DNA of 41,936 nt from Desulfonatronovibrionaceae bacterium (GTDB taxonomy: Bacteria; Desulfobacterota; Desulfovibrionia; Desulfovibrionales; Desulfonatronovibrionaceae), in the NCBI GenBank assembly GCA_046539845.1, contig JBKHGE010000018.1, positions 1 to 41,936 on the forward strand, written 5' to 3'. The translations under genes were made by a program, and so were the position numbers. Positions 1 to 8,419 of this stretch are shown here, piece after piece. How positions within the stretch are numbered: the first letter of the stretch is position 1; every line of letters starts with the position of its first letter. The notes under the pieces are model-generated. The model saw only the letters and a list, made by a program, of their open reading frames with translations, searched no databases and was not told the origin of the DNA.

Positions 1-163
1 CTTTCCCGGATCCACATGCAAATTTATATAATCGGATAACAGGCGACTTCCGGGCAAATTTAGACCCTCAATGTTAGAAGGGAATTTTATCCGTCTTACT
101 TTTGTTCAATGCTTTTAACGAAGCATACCCACAAATTTTGCTGACTTCTTTGGGCCAATAAGA

Positions 164-397
164 TTACTTACTTACCTTGGTGCCGCTATAGGTAAAAGCC
201 TTGCGGATCATCTTATAATAAGTGCCCTTGTCCAGCCCCACTACCCGTCCGCAGAGGCAGAGCAATTTACCATGCTTCTCCTCAGCATCCAGCCACTTGT
301 CCACCCTGGACTTATGACAGCGAAGCACCGCTCCGGGTCCTATCTTGCGATATTTAAGCAGCTTTCTTTTGCACCCGGAACATTTGATGATCAGCAT
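164..397 (-). CDS. Small basic Cys/His-rich (putative zinc-binding) hypothetical protein, 77 aa
   Basis: ATG-started ORF with CSGC, RCH and CLCG motifs; Lys/Arg-rich; same strand as and downstream of the ParA gene. Confidence 0.65.
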   Translation of the reverse strand: MLIIKCSGCKRKLLKYRKIGPGAVLRCHKSRVDKWLDAEEKHGKLLCLCGRVVGLDKGTYYKMIRKAFTYSGTKVSK

Positions 398-612
398 ATA
401 AATTTCAGGGTTAAAAAAGGCGCGCCTGCAGAAAACAAATGAATCTTAAACTCGCCTGATCCGTTTGGATACTTTAAACGGAAGGTTGAAGTATTTTCTA
501 GTCCAACAAGTAAGTTAATGAATTCGAGCGGTTACATAAAAGAGCAAAGGCCGTGCGCTGCGGCTGAAATACACGTATCCCTGCAGGGAACAGACGGACA
601 AGAACCAGGAAA

Positions 613-1539
613 TCATTTGAAAAGATCCGGGTTGTCCGCTATGCGACGGACAAGATTACGGTAGTCCTCCGATCCCCTGGATCCGGGTGCAAACTCGAAA
701 ATGGTCTTGCCGTACATGGGCGCCTGGGACAGGAGATTATTATACCGGATCGGTTCACACAAGTATTTGGAATAATAGTCATTCAGCTTGTCCAGAAATG
801 TGTTCACCTTCTTTTTGACCCGCAGGTCCAAAAAAGTAGGGACCAGATACTTGAGTTCCAGTTCCGGACGGTACTTCTGGATGGAGGAGATGCTCTTCAA
901 AAACTCGGAAAGGCCCTGCAGGCTCATGATCTCCAGGGATACCGGGAGGAGCAGCTCCCGGACGTAAAAAAGCACATTCACTGTCAGCGGATCCCAGCCC
1001 GGAGAAGTATCCACGATCACAAAATCATAGTCGCTGTCCAGGGCCTTTAAGGCATTGGCAATGGTCCTTTCCCCGCCGAAATCCTGCCTGTCGATAAGCC
1101 GACGCACCCCGGCCAGGGACCGCCCGCCGGCCAGGACCCACAGATTCTTCCTGGCCTTGGTCAGGGCCTCCTGTGGCTCGAGCTCTCCGGTAACCAGCTC
1201 GGTAAGCCCGGCGGCCGGGTTGAGCCCCAGGATATAGCTGGCTTGGCCCTGGGTGTCCGCGTCTACCAAAAGGACCTTGTACCCAGCAAAAGCCAGTCCG
1301 GCGGAAATATTGACCGCGGTCGTGGTTTTGCCCACCCCTCCTTTGGACAGGGAAACCGCCAACTTCCGGGGCCGGACTTGTTTTCCCGACCCGGAAACGG
1401 TGTTATGGCTCTTCTGCAGCTGGGCCTTTAAATCGAATTTCTCCCCGCACACCTTGCAACGGGCAATTTTGACATTGTCCGGGATCTTGCGTTCATCGAT
1501 CTGGAACTCATGCTTGCAATGCGGACAAGTGATCAACAT
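613..1539 (-). CDS. ParA/Soj/MinD-family ATPase with N-terminal MJ0042-type zinc-ribbon
   Basis: Deviant Walker A SKGGVGKTT, Walker A' LLVDADTQG, Walker B FVIVDTSP; N-terminus MLITCPHC...ARCKVCGEKF is a CxxC..CxxC zinc ribbon. Confidence 0.92.
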   Translation of the reverse strand: MLITCPHCKHEFQIDERKIPDNVKIARCKVCGEKFDLKAQLQKSHNTVSGSGKQVRPRKLAVSLSKGGVGKTTTAVNISAGLAFAGYKVLLVDADTQGQASYILGLNPAAGLTELVTGELEPQEALTKARKNLWVLAGGRSLAGVRRLIDRQDFGGERTIANALKALDSDYDFVIVDTSPGWDPLTVNVLFYVRELLLPVSLEIMSLQGLSEFLKSISSIQKYRPELELKYLVPTFLDLRVKKKVNTFLDKLNDYYSKYLCEPIRYNNLLSQAPMYGKTIFEFAPGSRGSEDYRNLVRRIADNPDLFK

Positions 1540-1593
1540 TTCCCTCTCCAGACTGTAAAATATGACTGCCAGGCGGGCCCTTCGATCCGGAGA

Positions 1594-2520
1594 CTATTCC
1601 GGACTGTGAAACCCTATATCCGTCTCTATGTAATCCGTGAGCATGCTTGCCCAGGGATCGGACTCGTAGTCGCGCAAAACAATACTCAGGGCCACTTCCA
1701 CCAGATAGGATTTGCTGACTGCTGACTTCTTTTCCGGAGGAAGATAATCCATCAATCTTTTTTGAACCCGCTCCAGTCTCTGCAGGGTGTTGGGGCGCAG
1801 ATAATAGGTCCGTTTTATCTTCGGTCCGGAAAACTGTTCCGGGACAATGATTTTTTCCCCTTGGGAAGAATATACCCGGACGTATTCTTCCTCCTCCCTG
1901 TCCTCGTCCTCACCGCGGGCCTGCTTGTGCGTAAACTCATCCACCAGCTCGGCCATACCCCGCAAATCATCATGCACTTTAGGAGAACTTTCGGAAAAAA
2001 GATCCTCCATAATATTCGCCCGGGGATGGGAATCAAACATGGGCTTGGCCACAGCTTCCAGACGGTGCCAGAAATAGGCGGCGATCGCCGCGAATTTAGC
2101 ACCCAGATCCCCGGTCTGGCGGTCAAAGGGGAGATCACTTCTGCGATTGCCCAGCCACAGCAAGCCTTTGATCTCCGCCTCGGCCGAGATAACCGGCTGG
2201 ATAAGAATTGAACGGTTGCTGGCCCTTGAGCCACCGGGACCCAAATGCCGGGGCACATCCCGAATAAAGACCCTCTTGCGGGTCTGAAACGCCCGGCCCA
2301 GAATACTGCCCGCACCCATCTCCTTGCGCTTCCCGACCAGATCCGGCCGGTGTGCGGCCAGGACCACCAGTTCTTCTAGGCGGCCGTCTGGAGCCAGCAG
2401 GTAGGCCCCGCTTCCGCCCACAACCTCTGCCAGACGGTTCAGGGCGCGGTTCATCCGGACCGGAAAGGCATCCTCCCCGTATTCAAGAATGTCCGCGATA
2501 GCGGAGAGCTCATTATCCAT
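1594..2520 (-). CDS. GAF-domain protein with acidic linker and C-terminal ribbon-helix-helix-like segment
   Basis: N-terminal ~150 aa resemble a GAF domain (GSILGRAFQT, SILIQPV, GLLWLGN..PF); C-terminal KRTYYLRP..LQRLERVQ..VSKSYLVEVAL fits a beta-alpha-alpha pattern. ATG at 2520 preferred over TTG at 2532. Confidence 0.7.
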   Translation of the reverse strand: MDNELSAIADILEYGEDAFPVRMNRALNRLAEVVGGSGAYLLAPDGRLEELVVLAAHRPDLVGKRKEMGAGSILGRAFQTRKRVFIRDVPRHLGPGGSRASNRSILIQPVISAEAEIKGLLWLGNRRSDLPFDRQTGDLGAKFAAIAAYFWHRLEAVAKPMFDSHPRANIMEDLFSESSPKVHDDLRGMAELVDEFTHKQARGEDEDREEEEYVRVYSSQGEKIIVPEQFSGPKIKRTYYLRPNTLQRLERVQKRLMDYLPPEKKSAVSKSYLVEVALSIVLRDYESDPWASMLTDYIETDIGFHSPE

Positions 2521-2556
2521 CTCTGCAGTCAATTGTTTAACCCGTATTGTTCTTGT

Positions 2557-2925
2557 TTAATCGCCCTTGAGTACGGTTCGCCTCTTTTCAAGAATAAACT
2601 TCTCCAAAAACTCCAGGTCCGGCTCACTGATTTCATAAAAATATAAACCGCAAACGAAGCGATCCGGATCATAAGAAGTAGTGTACACGACCCGGGTCCG
2701 AACCTCTATCTCCCGGTCCCTTACCAAGAGCTTCGTCTGCTCTAGATCGGTATGCACTCGGAAGCCGTCTTGGGAAAAATAAATGATCTGCACGCCCCGG
2801 GCGGACAAATTCCTTACCGGAAATTCCTCTCCCCGGACCGAAATCCGAACATGGTCCTCTTCCCCTACCGGAACCCGGAACTCTCTGCGGACAATCTTTT
2901 CCTCTTCTCCGGAAATTTTCTCCAT
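2557..2925 (-). CDS. Stand-alone PilZ-domain protein (putative c-di-GMP receptor)
   Basis: RREFR (RxxxR) and NLSARG ((D/N)xSxxG) motifs, followed by a beta-rich body and C-terminal helix; 122 aa. Confidence 0.85.
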   Translation of the reverse strand: MEKISGEEEKIVRREFRVPVGEEDHVRISVRGEEFPVRNLSARGVQIIYFSQDGFRVHTDLEQTKLLVRDREIEVRTRVVYTTSYDPDRFVCGLYFYEISEPDLEFLEKFILEKRRTVLKGD

Positions 2926-3270
2926 CGCTCGCCTCTTTTAAAACCACCGGATTTAATTGGCTGTTGCAAAATTTCTTGTATCCCGGGCCGCTGAAAAAAT
3001 TAACGGGAGCGGTGCAAAAAAGTTCAAGGTCTAAGCGCGTACCTATCTGTAGGTAAGAATTTGAACTCATTGCCGGCTTGCTGCCATTGAAAGATTTAAA
3101 GGCGGCCTGTTGAACCGGTCGTAATTGACCCAATCACATCCTTTGGGTTGATACTCGGCTCCCGACAATTGTTGATAAGCCAAATATACTGTTCCACTAC
3201 CCCAGAGCCCAGCTGATTTCAACCGCTAACCGCATTTAAAAGAAATCGGCATAATCCCCGCGCTTCGCGT

Positions 3271-3304
3271 GAAAACAAAGAGCCGGCTGTTTTGAAGCCG
3301 GCTC
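3271..3304 (-). terminator. Intrinsic terminator downstream of the hisD-purC-fabI-small ORF run
   Basis: Perfect 9-bp inverted repeat GAGCCGGCT (3280-3288)/AGCCGGCTC (3296-3304), followed on the minus strand by TTTGTTTT. Confidence 0.65.
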
Positions 3305-3510
3305 CGGAGATCAGTTCTTGGTTTTCTCAAAATCAGAAAGGGTCTAACCCTTTTGCTCCTTGGCCCTGCTTTTAACAACGAGCCCAGCACTAAAATCTTG
3401 ATTTGAATGCTTGATTGGCGGGTGTTAAAATTTCCGAGCCGCAAATTTGGCAGCCAAAAGATAAGACGGATAGATATTAACACCCATAAGTCTTGTCCCT
3501 GGCCCAGTCT

Positions 3511-3645
3511 TTATTTCTTGTCCTTATCCTGCAGACTGCAGGAATCACCGGCACCTCAGGGATTTATTCCTAGCTTGGGGAAAACCACCCGGACCAGGAC
3601 TATCCAGACAACCACTATACCAACAATTAGAAGCAGACTTTTCAT
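3511..3645 (-). CDS. Putative small membrane-anchored selenoprotein, 44 aa: MKSLLLIVGIVVVWIVLVRVVFPKLGINP-U-GAGDSCSLQDKDKK (29 aa if the UGA terminates)
   Basis: ATG at 3645, 5 nt after the fabI stop, with AGGGGTG SD-like sequence in the fabI 3' end; hydrophobic TM-like N-terminus; in-frame TGA at 3556-3558; frame stays open to TAA at 3511-3513; SECIS-like hairpin follows the UGA. Not in the ORF track. Confidence 0.7.
3526..3558 (-). promoter_or_regulatory. Candidate bacterial SECIS element
   Basis: UGA-GGUGCCGGUGA-UUCCUGC-AGUCU-GCAGGAU: 11-nt spacer, then a stem with a possible bulged U and a GU-containing apical loop; closely resembles the E. coli fdhF SECIS (UGA + 11 nt + GGUUGCAGGUCUGCACC, from memory). 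Confidence 0.68.
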
Positions 3646-3650
3646 AACAA

Positions 3651-4415
3651 TCACACCCCTATGGTATTGTACCCAGAGTCTACGTACACGATCTCCCCGG
3701 TCACCCCGGAGGACAGATTCGAGGCCAGATATACAGCGGTCCGGCCCACATCATCCTGGGAAACATTGCGCTTAAGCGGGGCCTTGTCCTCTATTGTCCG
3801 GAAGATATCCTTAAATCCGGAAACTCCAGAGGAAGCCAGTGTCTTGATGGGCCCGGCGCTTATGCCGTTCACCCGTACGTCCTTTTCTCCCAGGTCGACC
3901 GCCAGGTAGCGTATCCCGGCTTCGAGCGCGGCCTTGGCCACCCCCATGACATTGTAGTTTTTGACCGCCCGCACTGATCCCAAATAGGTCATGGCCATCA
4001 CCGAGGCTTCCGGGGTGAAAAGGGGCTCAAAGGCCTTACACAACCGGATCAGGGAATAGGCGGATATGTCCAGGGCGGTATGATACCCCTGCCTGGAGGT
4101 CTCAATAAAACGCCCGGAGAGATCCTCCCGCTCGGCAAAAGCCACGGAATGGACCAATACGTCCACTTCGCCCCATTTTTCTTGCACCGTATTCGCGGCC
4201 AGATCAATATCCTCATCGCTACCCACGTCGCAATTAAAGGTGAACTCGCCTCCCAGCTCCTCGCTTATGGGGACTACCCTCTTCTCCAAGGCCTGACCCA
4301 CGTAGCTGAAAGCCAGTCTGGCCCCCTGAGCGCGGAAATTTTCAGCAACGCCGTAGGCAATGCTTTTTTTGTTGGCCACACCAAATATCAACGCCTTTTT
4401 GTCCTTAAGCAGCAT
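3651..4415 (-). CDS. fabI: Enoyl-ACP reductase (NADH)
   Basis: GVANKKSIAYG, HSVAFA, YNVMGVAKAALE (YxxMxxxK), RVNGISAGPIKTLA. Confidence 0.97.
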   Translation of the reverse strand: MLLKDKKALIFGVANKKSIAYGVAENFRAQGARLAFSYVGQALEKRVVPISEELGGEFTFNCDVGSDEDIDLAANTVQEKWGEVDVLVHSVAFAEREDLSGRFIETSRQGYHTALDISAYSLIRLCKAFEPLFTPEASVMAMTYLGSVRAVKNYNVMGVAKAALEAGIRYLAVDLGEKDVRVNGISAGPIKTLASSGVSGFKDIFRTIEDKAPLKRNVSQDDVGRTAVYLASNLSSGVTGEIVYVDSGYNTIGV

Positions 4416-4445
4416 AATTACTCCTCATGCGTTTGGGATTCTTTC

Positions 4446-5345
4446 TCAGTCTATTTCCGGCTCTTTTCCGGTCAGCAGTTTATAGGCCTGGAAATACTTG
4501 TTTTTGGTCTCATCTATCACTTCCTGCGGCAGGGAGGGGGCAGGGGCTGTCTTGTCCCATCCCGAGGACTCCAGCCAGTCCCGGAGGTATTGTTTGTCAA
4601 AACTGGACTGGGGACGGCCGGGCTCGTAGCTCTCGGCCGGCCAGAAACGGGAAGAATCCGGGGTTAACACCTCGTCGATTATGTACATCTTTCCCCCGGC
4701 CAGCCCGAATTCAAATTTGGTGTCCGCAATTATAATCCCTCGTTTGGCCGCATAATCCCGGGCCCGGGAATACATCTGCAATGAAAGATCCTCAACAAGG
4801 CGGAAAAGGCCCTCTCCGACAAGACTTTTGGCCTGATGCCCGGTGATATTTTCGTCGTGTTCCCCAACCCCGGCCTTGGTGGAGGGGGTAAAAAGCGGTT
4901 TTTCCAGCTTCTGGGACTGAATAAGTCCCGGAGGTAGTTCATGGCCGCATACCTTGCCGCTTCTCTGATAGTCTTTCCAGCCCGAGCCGCTGATATAGCC
5001 CCGGACAATGCATTCTACCGGCAAAGGCTTGGTCTTGCGGACTATGACCGAACGACCCCGCAATTGATCCTCGTATTTGCCCAGATAATCCGGAAACTGG
5101 GAGAAGTCAGCGTGCAGGATATGATTTTCTCCCAGATCGGAAAACATATCCATCCAGAAAAGGGTCATCTGATTCAAAACCACACCCTTGTAGGGAATGG
5201 GGTCGGGAAGGACCACATCAAATGCGCTCATCCGGTCCGTGGTCACGATCAACAGCTGCTCTTTATCCAATTCGTATATATCCCGGACCTTTCCGGCTGA
5301 AAGCAGCTTGGCCTCCCCGATTCTGGTCTTGGTCACCACCTGCAT
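4446..5345 (-). CDS. purC: SAICAR synthetase
   Basis: GKVRDIY, TDRMSAFD, ECIVRGYISGSGW, ADTKFEFG, DEVLTPDSSRFW, SFDKQYLRDWL. Confidence 0.97.
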   Translation of the reverse strand: MQVVTKTRIGEAKLLSAGKVRDIYELDKEQLLIVTTDRMSAFDVVLPDPIPYKGVVLNQMTLFWMDMFSDLGENHILHADFSQFPDYLGKYEDQLRGRSVIVRKTKPLPVECIVRGYISGSGWKDYQRSGKVCGHELPPGLIQSQKLEKPLFTPSTKAGVGEHDENITGHQAKSLVGEGLFRLVEDLSLQMYSRARDYAAKRGIIIADTKFEFGLAGGKMYIIDEVLTPDSSRFWPAESYEPGRPQSSFDKQYLRDWLESSGWDKTAPAPSLPQEVIDETKNKYFQAYKLLTGKEPEID

Positions 5346-5444
5346 TACTACCAGCCTCCTGTATTGTCTTGGTATAAATTAATTGATGCTTGTTTTCAGA
5401 AAACCCGGCCGGATCCGGTGCCGCCCTAAACAACAAGGCGGGCC

Positions 5445-6764
5445 TTAACTTTCCCGGAATTTCCCGGTGCGCATCTCTGCGCTACGCGCATGCGCCTCCA
5501 ATCCTTCCAATCGGGCCAGGGCGGCTATCTTGTCCCCATGCTCGCGCATATATTCCCGGGATGCGGCCACTATACTGGTCTTCTTAGTAAAAAAATCCAC
5601 GGACAAAGCCGAGGAATACCGGGCACTAAACAAGGTGGGCAGAACATGGTTGGGACCGGCGAAATAGTCGCCGGCTGCCTCGGGGGAAAAGTGGCCCAGA
5701 AACACCGCTCCTGCATTTTTCACCCTGCCCAACATCTCCCAGGGATCTCTCACGCACAGCTCAAAATGCTCGGGAGCAAGCATATTGATCAATTCTAAGC
5801 CTGTCTCCAGATCCGGGACTCTTATTAATGCCCCACAATTATTAAGCGATTCCAGGGCAATATCCCTTCGGGGAAGCGTATCCGCCTGGGCCTGTAGCTG
5901 CTGCCTGCAGCTGTCCAGAACTCTTTGTTCCGGAGAGACCAGGATCGAGGCGGCCAAGGGATCGTGTTCAGCCTGGGAGAGCATATCAGCGGCCAACCAT
6001 TCCGGATGGGCCGAATCATCAGCCAGAATGGCGATCTCGCTCGGACCGGCGATCATATCTATACCCACGATCCCGGAAACCATTTCCTTGGCCGAGGATA
6101 CGAATATATTCCCGGGGCCGGCTATGACATCTACCCTGGGGATTGTTTCCGTCCCCCAGGCCAAAGCGGCTATTGCCCAAGCCGATCCGCAGCAGAAAAT
6201 CCGGTTTAGCCCGAGAACCCCGGCAGTGGCCAGGATATAGTCGTTCAAACTCCCGTTTTTACCAGGGGGAGAAACCGGACAAATATTCTCCACTCCGGCC
6301 ACCAGGGCGGGCACAGCGGTCATTATCAGACTGGACACCAGCGGGGTTTTCCCCCCCTGGCCACCCGGGACATACAAACCTGCGCTTTGCACCGGGAGAT
6401 TCATCTGTCCGACCATTGCCCCGTCCGCGCCTGGATCAAACCAGGAATTTTCCCGCTGCCTTAGATGATAGCTGCGGATGCGTTCCACTGCCTCCTGTAT
6501 ATTGCGCAGTTGTTCGGTATCCACCCGGTGCATGGCCTCTTCCATATCCCGGGGGCCAAGCTCCAGATCGGAAGCAGAAAAATCAGGACAGTCAAACCTG
6601 CGTGTATATTTTACCAGGGCCTGGTCCCCGTGGGTGCGGACATCCTCCAGGATAGGCAGGACCTTGTCCCGGACCCCACCGGCCTCAAGCCCCCTGGACT
6701 GAAGACGGTCCCGAAGGAAAATAAAATCAGCCGGAGTACGGAATTCAAAATCGGCTATATCCAT
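5445..6764 (-). CDS. hisD: Histidinol dehydrogenase
   Basis: GLYVPGG, IAGPGNIFV, AGPSE, QAEHD, APEH, GDYFAGPNHVLPT, EGLEAHARS. Confidence 0.97.
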   Translation of the reverse strand: MDIADFEFRTPADFIFLRDRLQSRGLEAGGVRDKVLPILEDVRTHGDQALVKYTRRFDCPDFSASDLELGPRDMEEAMHRVDTEQLRNIQEAVERIRSYHLRQRENSWFDPGADGAMVGQMNLPVQSAGLYVPGGQGGKTPLVSSLIMTAVPALVAGVENICPVSPPGKNGSLNDYILATAGVLGLNRIFCCGSAWAIAALAWGTETIPRVDVIAGPGNIFVSSAKEMVSGIVGIDMIAGPSEIAILADDSAHPEWLAADMLSQAEHDPLAASILVSPEQRVLDSCRQQLQAQADTLPRRDIALESLNNCGALIRVPDLETGLELINMLAPEHFELCVRDPWEMLGRVKNAGAVFLGHFSPEAAGDYFAGPNHVLPTLFSARYSSALSVDFFTKKTSIVAASREYMREHGDKIAALARLEGLEAHARSAEMRTGKFRES

Positions 6765-6914
6765 AAATAGAAATAAATCCTTAAATTTAAGGGGTTGAAA
6801 CGTATAGGGTCAAAAGGCCTAAAAAGCCGCCTGATGCACATCATTAAGCGCTTTGCCCGGGCAGGTCAAGAATGGCCGACACAGCAGAGGGTCATCCTCG
6901 AGGGAAATTACTCC

Positions 6915-6943
6915 TTGCAAAAAAAAACCGTTTTATCTATAAA
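6915..6943 (+). promoter_or_regulatory. Sigma70-type promoter for tRNA-Ser/SRP RNA
   Basis: TTGCAA (6915-6920), 17-bp spacer, TATAAA (6938-6943), ending 17 nt upstream of the tRNA. Confidence 0.6.
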
Positions 6944-6960
6944 ACCACCTTCCCAAACGC

Positions 6961-7052
<92 letters not shown>

Positions 7053-7071
7053 GGAATAAACCCAAAAAACG

Positions 7072-7163
7072 CAGGGAAGCCGGGCGGCAGTGGACCTGTG
7101 AACCCCGTCAGGCCCGAAAGGGAGCAGCGGTAACAGGCATTCACTGGGTGCCCGGTTTCCTTG
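7072..7163 (+). ncRNA. ffs: Signal recognition particle (4.5S) RNA
   Basis: Conserved domain IV GTCAGGCCCGAAAGGGAGCAGC with GNRA loop; ends pair (GGGAAGCCGGGC/GCCCGGTTTCC). Ends approximate. Confidence 0.93.
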
Positions 7164-7197
7164 GCAGGAGCGATAACAATCGTTCCTGCTTTTTTTT
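7164..7197 (+). terminator. Intrinsic terminator after tRNA-Ser/ffs
   Basis: GCAGGAGCGAT-AACA-ATCGTTCCTGC hairpin followed by a T8 run. Confidence 0.85.
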
Positions 7198-7300
7198 ATT
7201 TGCAACCCCGGCTTGCCTTTGTCTCCCGTCTTAAATCCATGCGAATTTCACGCCTCGGCGGCTGAACATTTTTGTTTTATAAATAGATTAATAAAATAAG

Positions 7301-8206
7301 TTACTGGCCTCGAATCCGAAAAACCTTCTCCCAATCCGGATTACATTCAGCCTCGAACTCCGGGAAAACTATCTTTTCATGATGCAGATAGAGACGCCCT
7401 CCCTCTCCGGGCGGACCATAAAGACAGTCTCCGAGAACAGGATATCCGAGCGCGCCCAAATGGGCCCGGATCTGGTGCCTCTTGCCTTTTTTGATCCGCA
7501 CCCGGACCAGGGTGATGTCCGGCCCGGGCATTCGTACCGGCAAAATCTCGCTGTGCCGCAGCGGGTCAGGATCAAGCATTTCTTTTACCCGCACCTTCCT
7601 ACGCCTGGACTGATCAATGTATGCGGTTATTGTGCACCGCCCTTCCAGCCTGCCGCGGACCACGGCCGCATAGGTCTTGTCCACCAGACCCTGATTTTGA
7701 AGACATATATATGTTTTTGCCGCCTCAAAAGACAGCCCGACCAATAAAATCCCACTGGTGGCGAAATCCAGCCGGTTCAAAAGGGTCGCACCTCGGCCCG
7801 GGAACAGATCAGACAGCAAGGCGGCGACATTATTTTTGCTCCGGCCGGTATCGGAATGCACTCCGGCCGGCTTATACACAGCCGCCCACATTCCTCTCAC
7901 GCAAAGCACAGCCACGCCGACCGGTTTTGACTCCCGGACCTGTCCGCCTGAAACGGTAATCTTCCGCCCGGATTCAACTATAAACGCCTTGCGACGGACA
8001 ACTTGTCCGTCCATTCGGACTCGGCCGGAGGCAATCAACCCCCTGGCCAGGCGCAGGCCGCATCCCAGCCGATCACGCAAAAGCCGGTCCAGTCGGACCT
8101 CAGGACCCAAATAGGTAAAGGAGGTAAGTTCCCGGAGCATATTTATCACTGATTCTGCTCGGCCTGGAGGGACGAGTACCTCTTCAGGCGTGACGCTTAG
8201 CCGCAT
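7301..8206 (-). CDS. RluA/RluD-family pseudouridine synthase with S4-like N-terminus (start uncertain)
   Basis: RLDRLL S4-like segment, YKPAG, catalytic NRLDFATSG, KTYAAVV, GKRHQIRAH, GYPVLGD, LYLH. Confidence 0.9.
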   Translation of the reverse strand: MRLSVTPEEVLVPPGRAESVINMLRELTSFTYLGPEVRLDRLLRDRLGCGLRLARGLIASGRVRMDGQVVRRKAFIVESGRKITVSGGQVRESKPVGVAVLCVRGMWAAVYKPAGVHSDTGRSKNNVAALLSDLFPGRGATLLNRLDFATSGILLVGLSFEAAKTYICLQNQGLVDKTYAAVVRGRLEGRCTITAYIDQSRRRKVRVKEMLDPDPLRHSEILPVRMPGPDITLVRVRIKKGKRHQIRAHLGALGYPVLGDCLYGPPGEGGRLYLHHEKIVFPEFEAECNPDWEKVFRIRGQ

Positions 8207-8419
8207 GCGGCACTTCTAGAATGTTTTACAAACAAGAAGGCCCAGCCCGGAATCAAATTGGCGGTCATTAAGGTAACAAACACCGACAGTATCTTCTCCG
8301 GTTATGAGTATCGTGCATAAATCGTCTCCAGAGATAAAATCTTGCCCGGCAGAAAACCGGACTTTACGTCTTGGAGAAATTTTTTCAGGGCCTGAGGGCC
8401 AATCCGATGCGATTCAATG

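Noticed and set aside
560..615. UGA read-through at the ParA stop (Cys codons follow in frame)
   Set aside because: ParA domain is already complete, and I saw no fdhF-like GU-loop hairpin at SECIS spacing.
2669..3775. ORFs 2669-3133, 3226-3483 and 3407-3775
   Set aside because: No motifs or SD; they overlap the PilZ gene, the terminator, or the better-supported small ORF and fabI.
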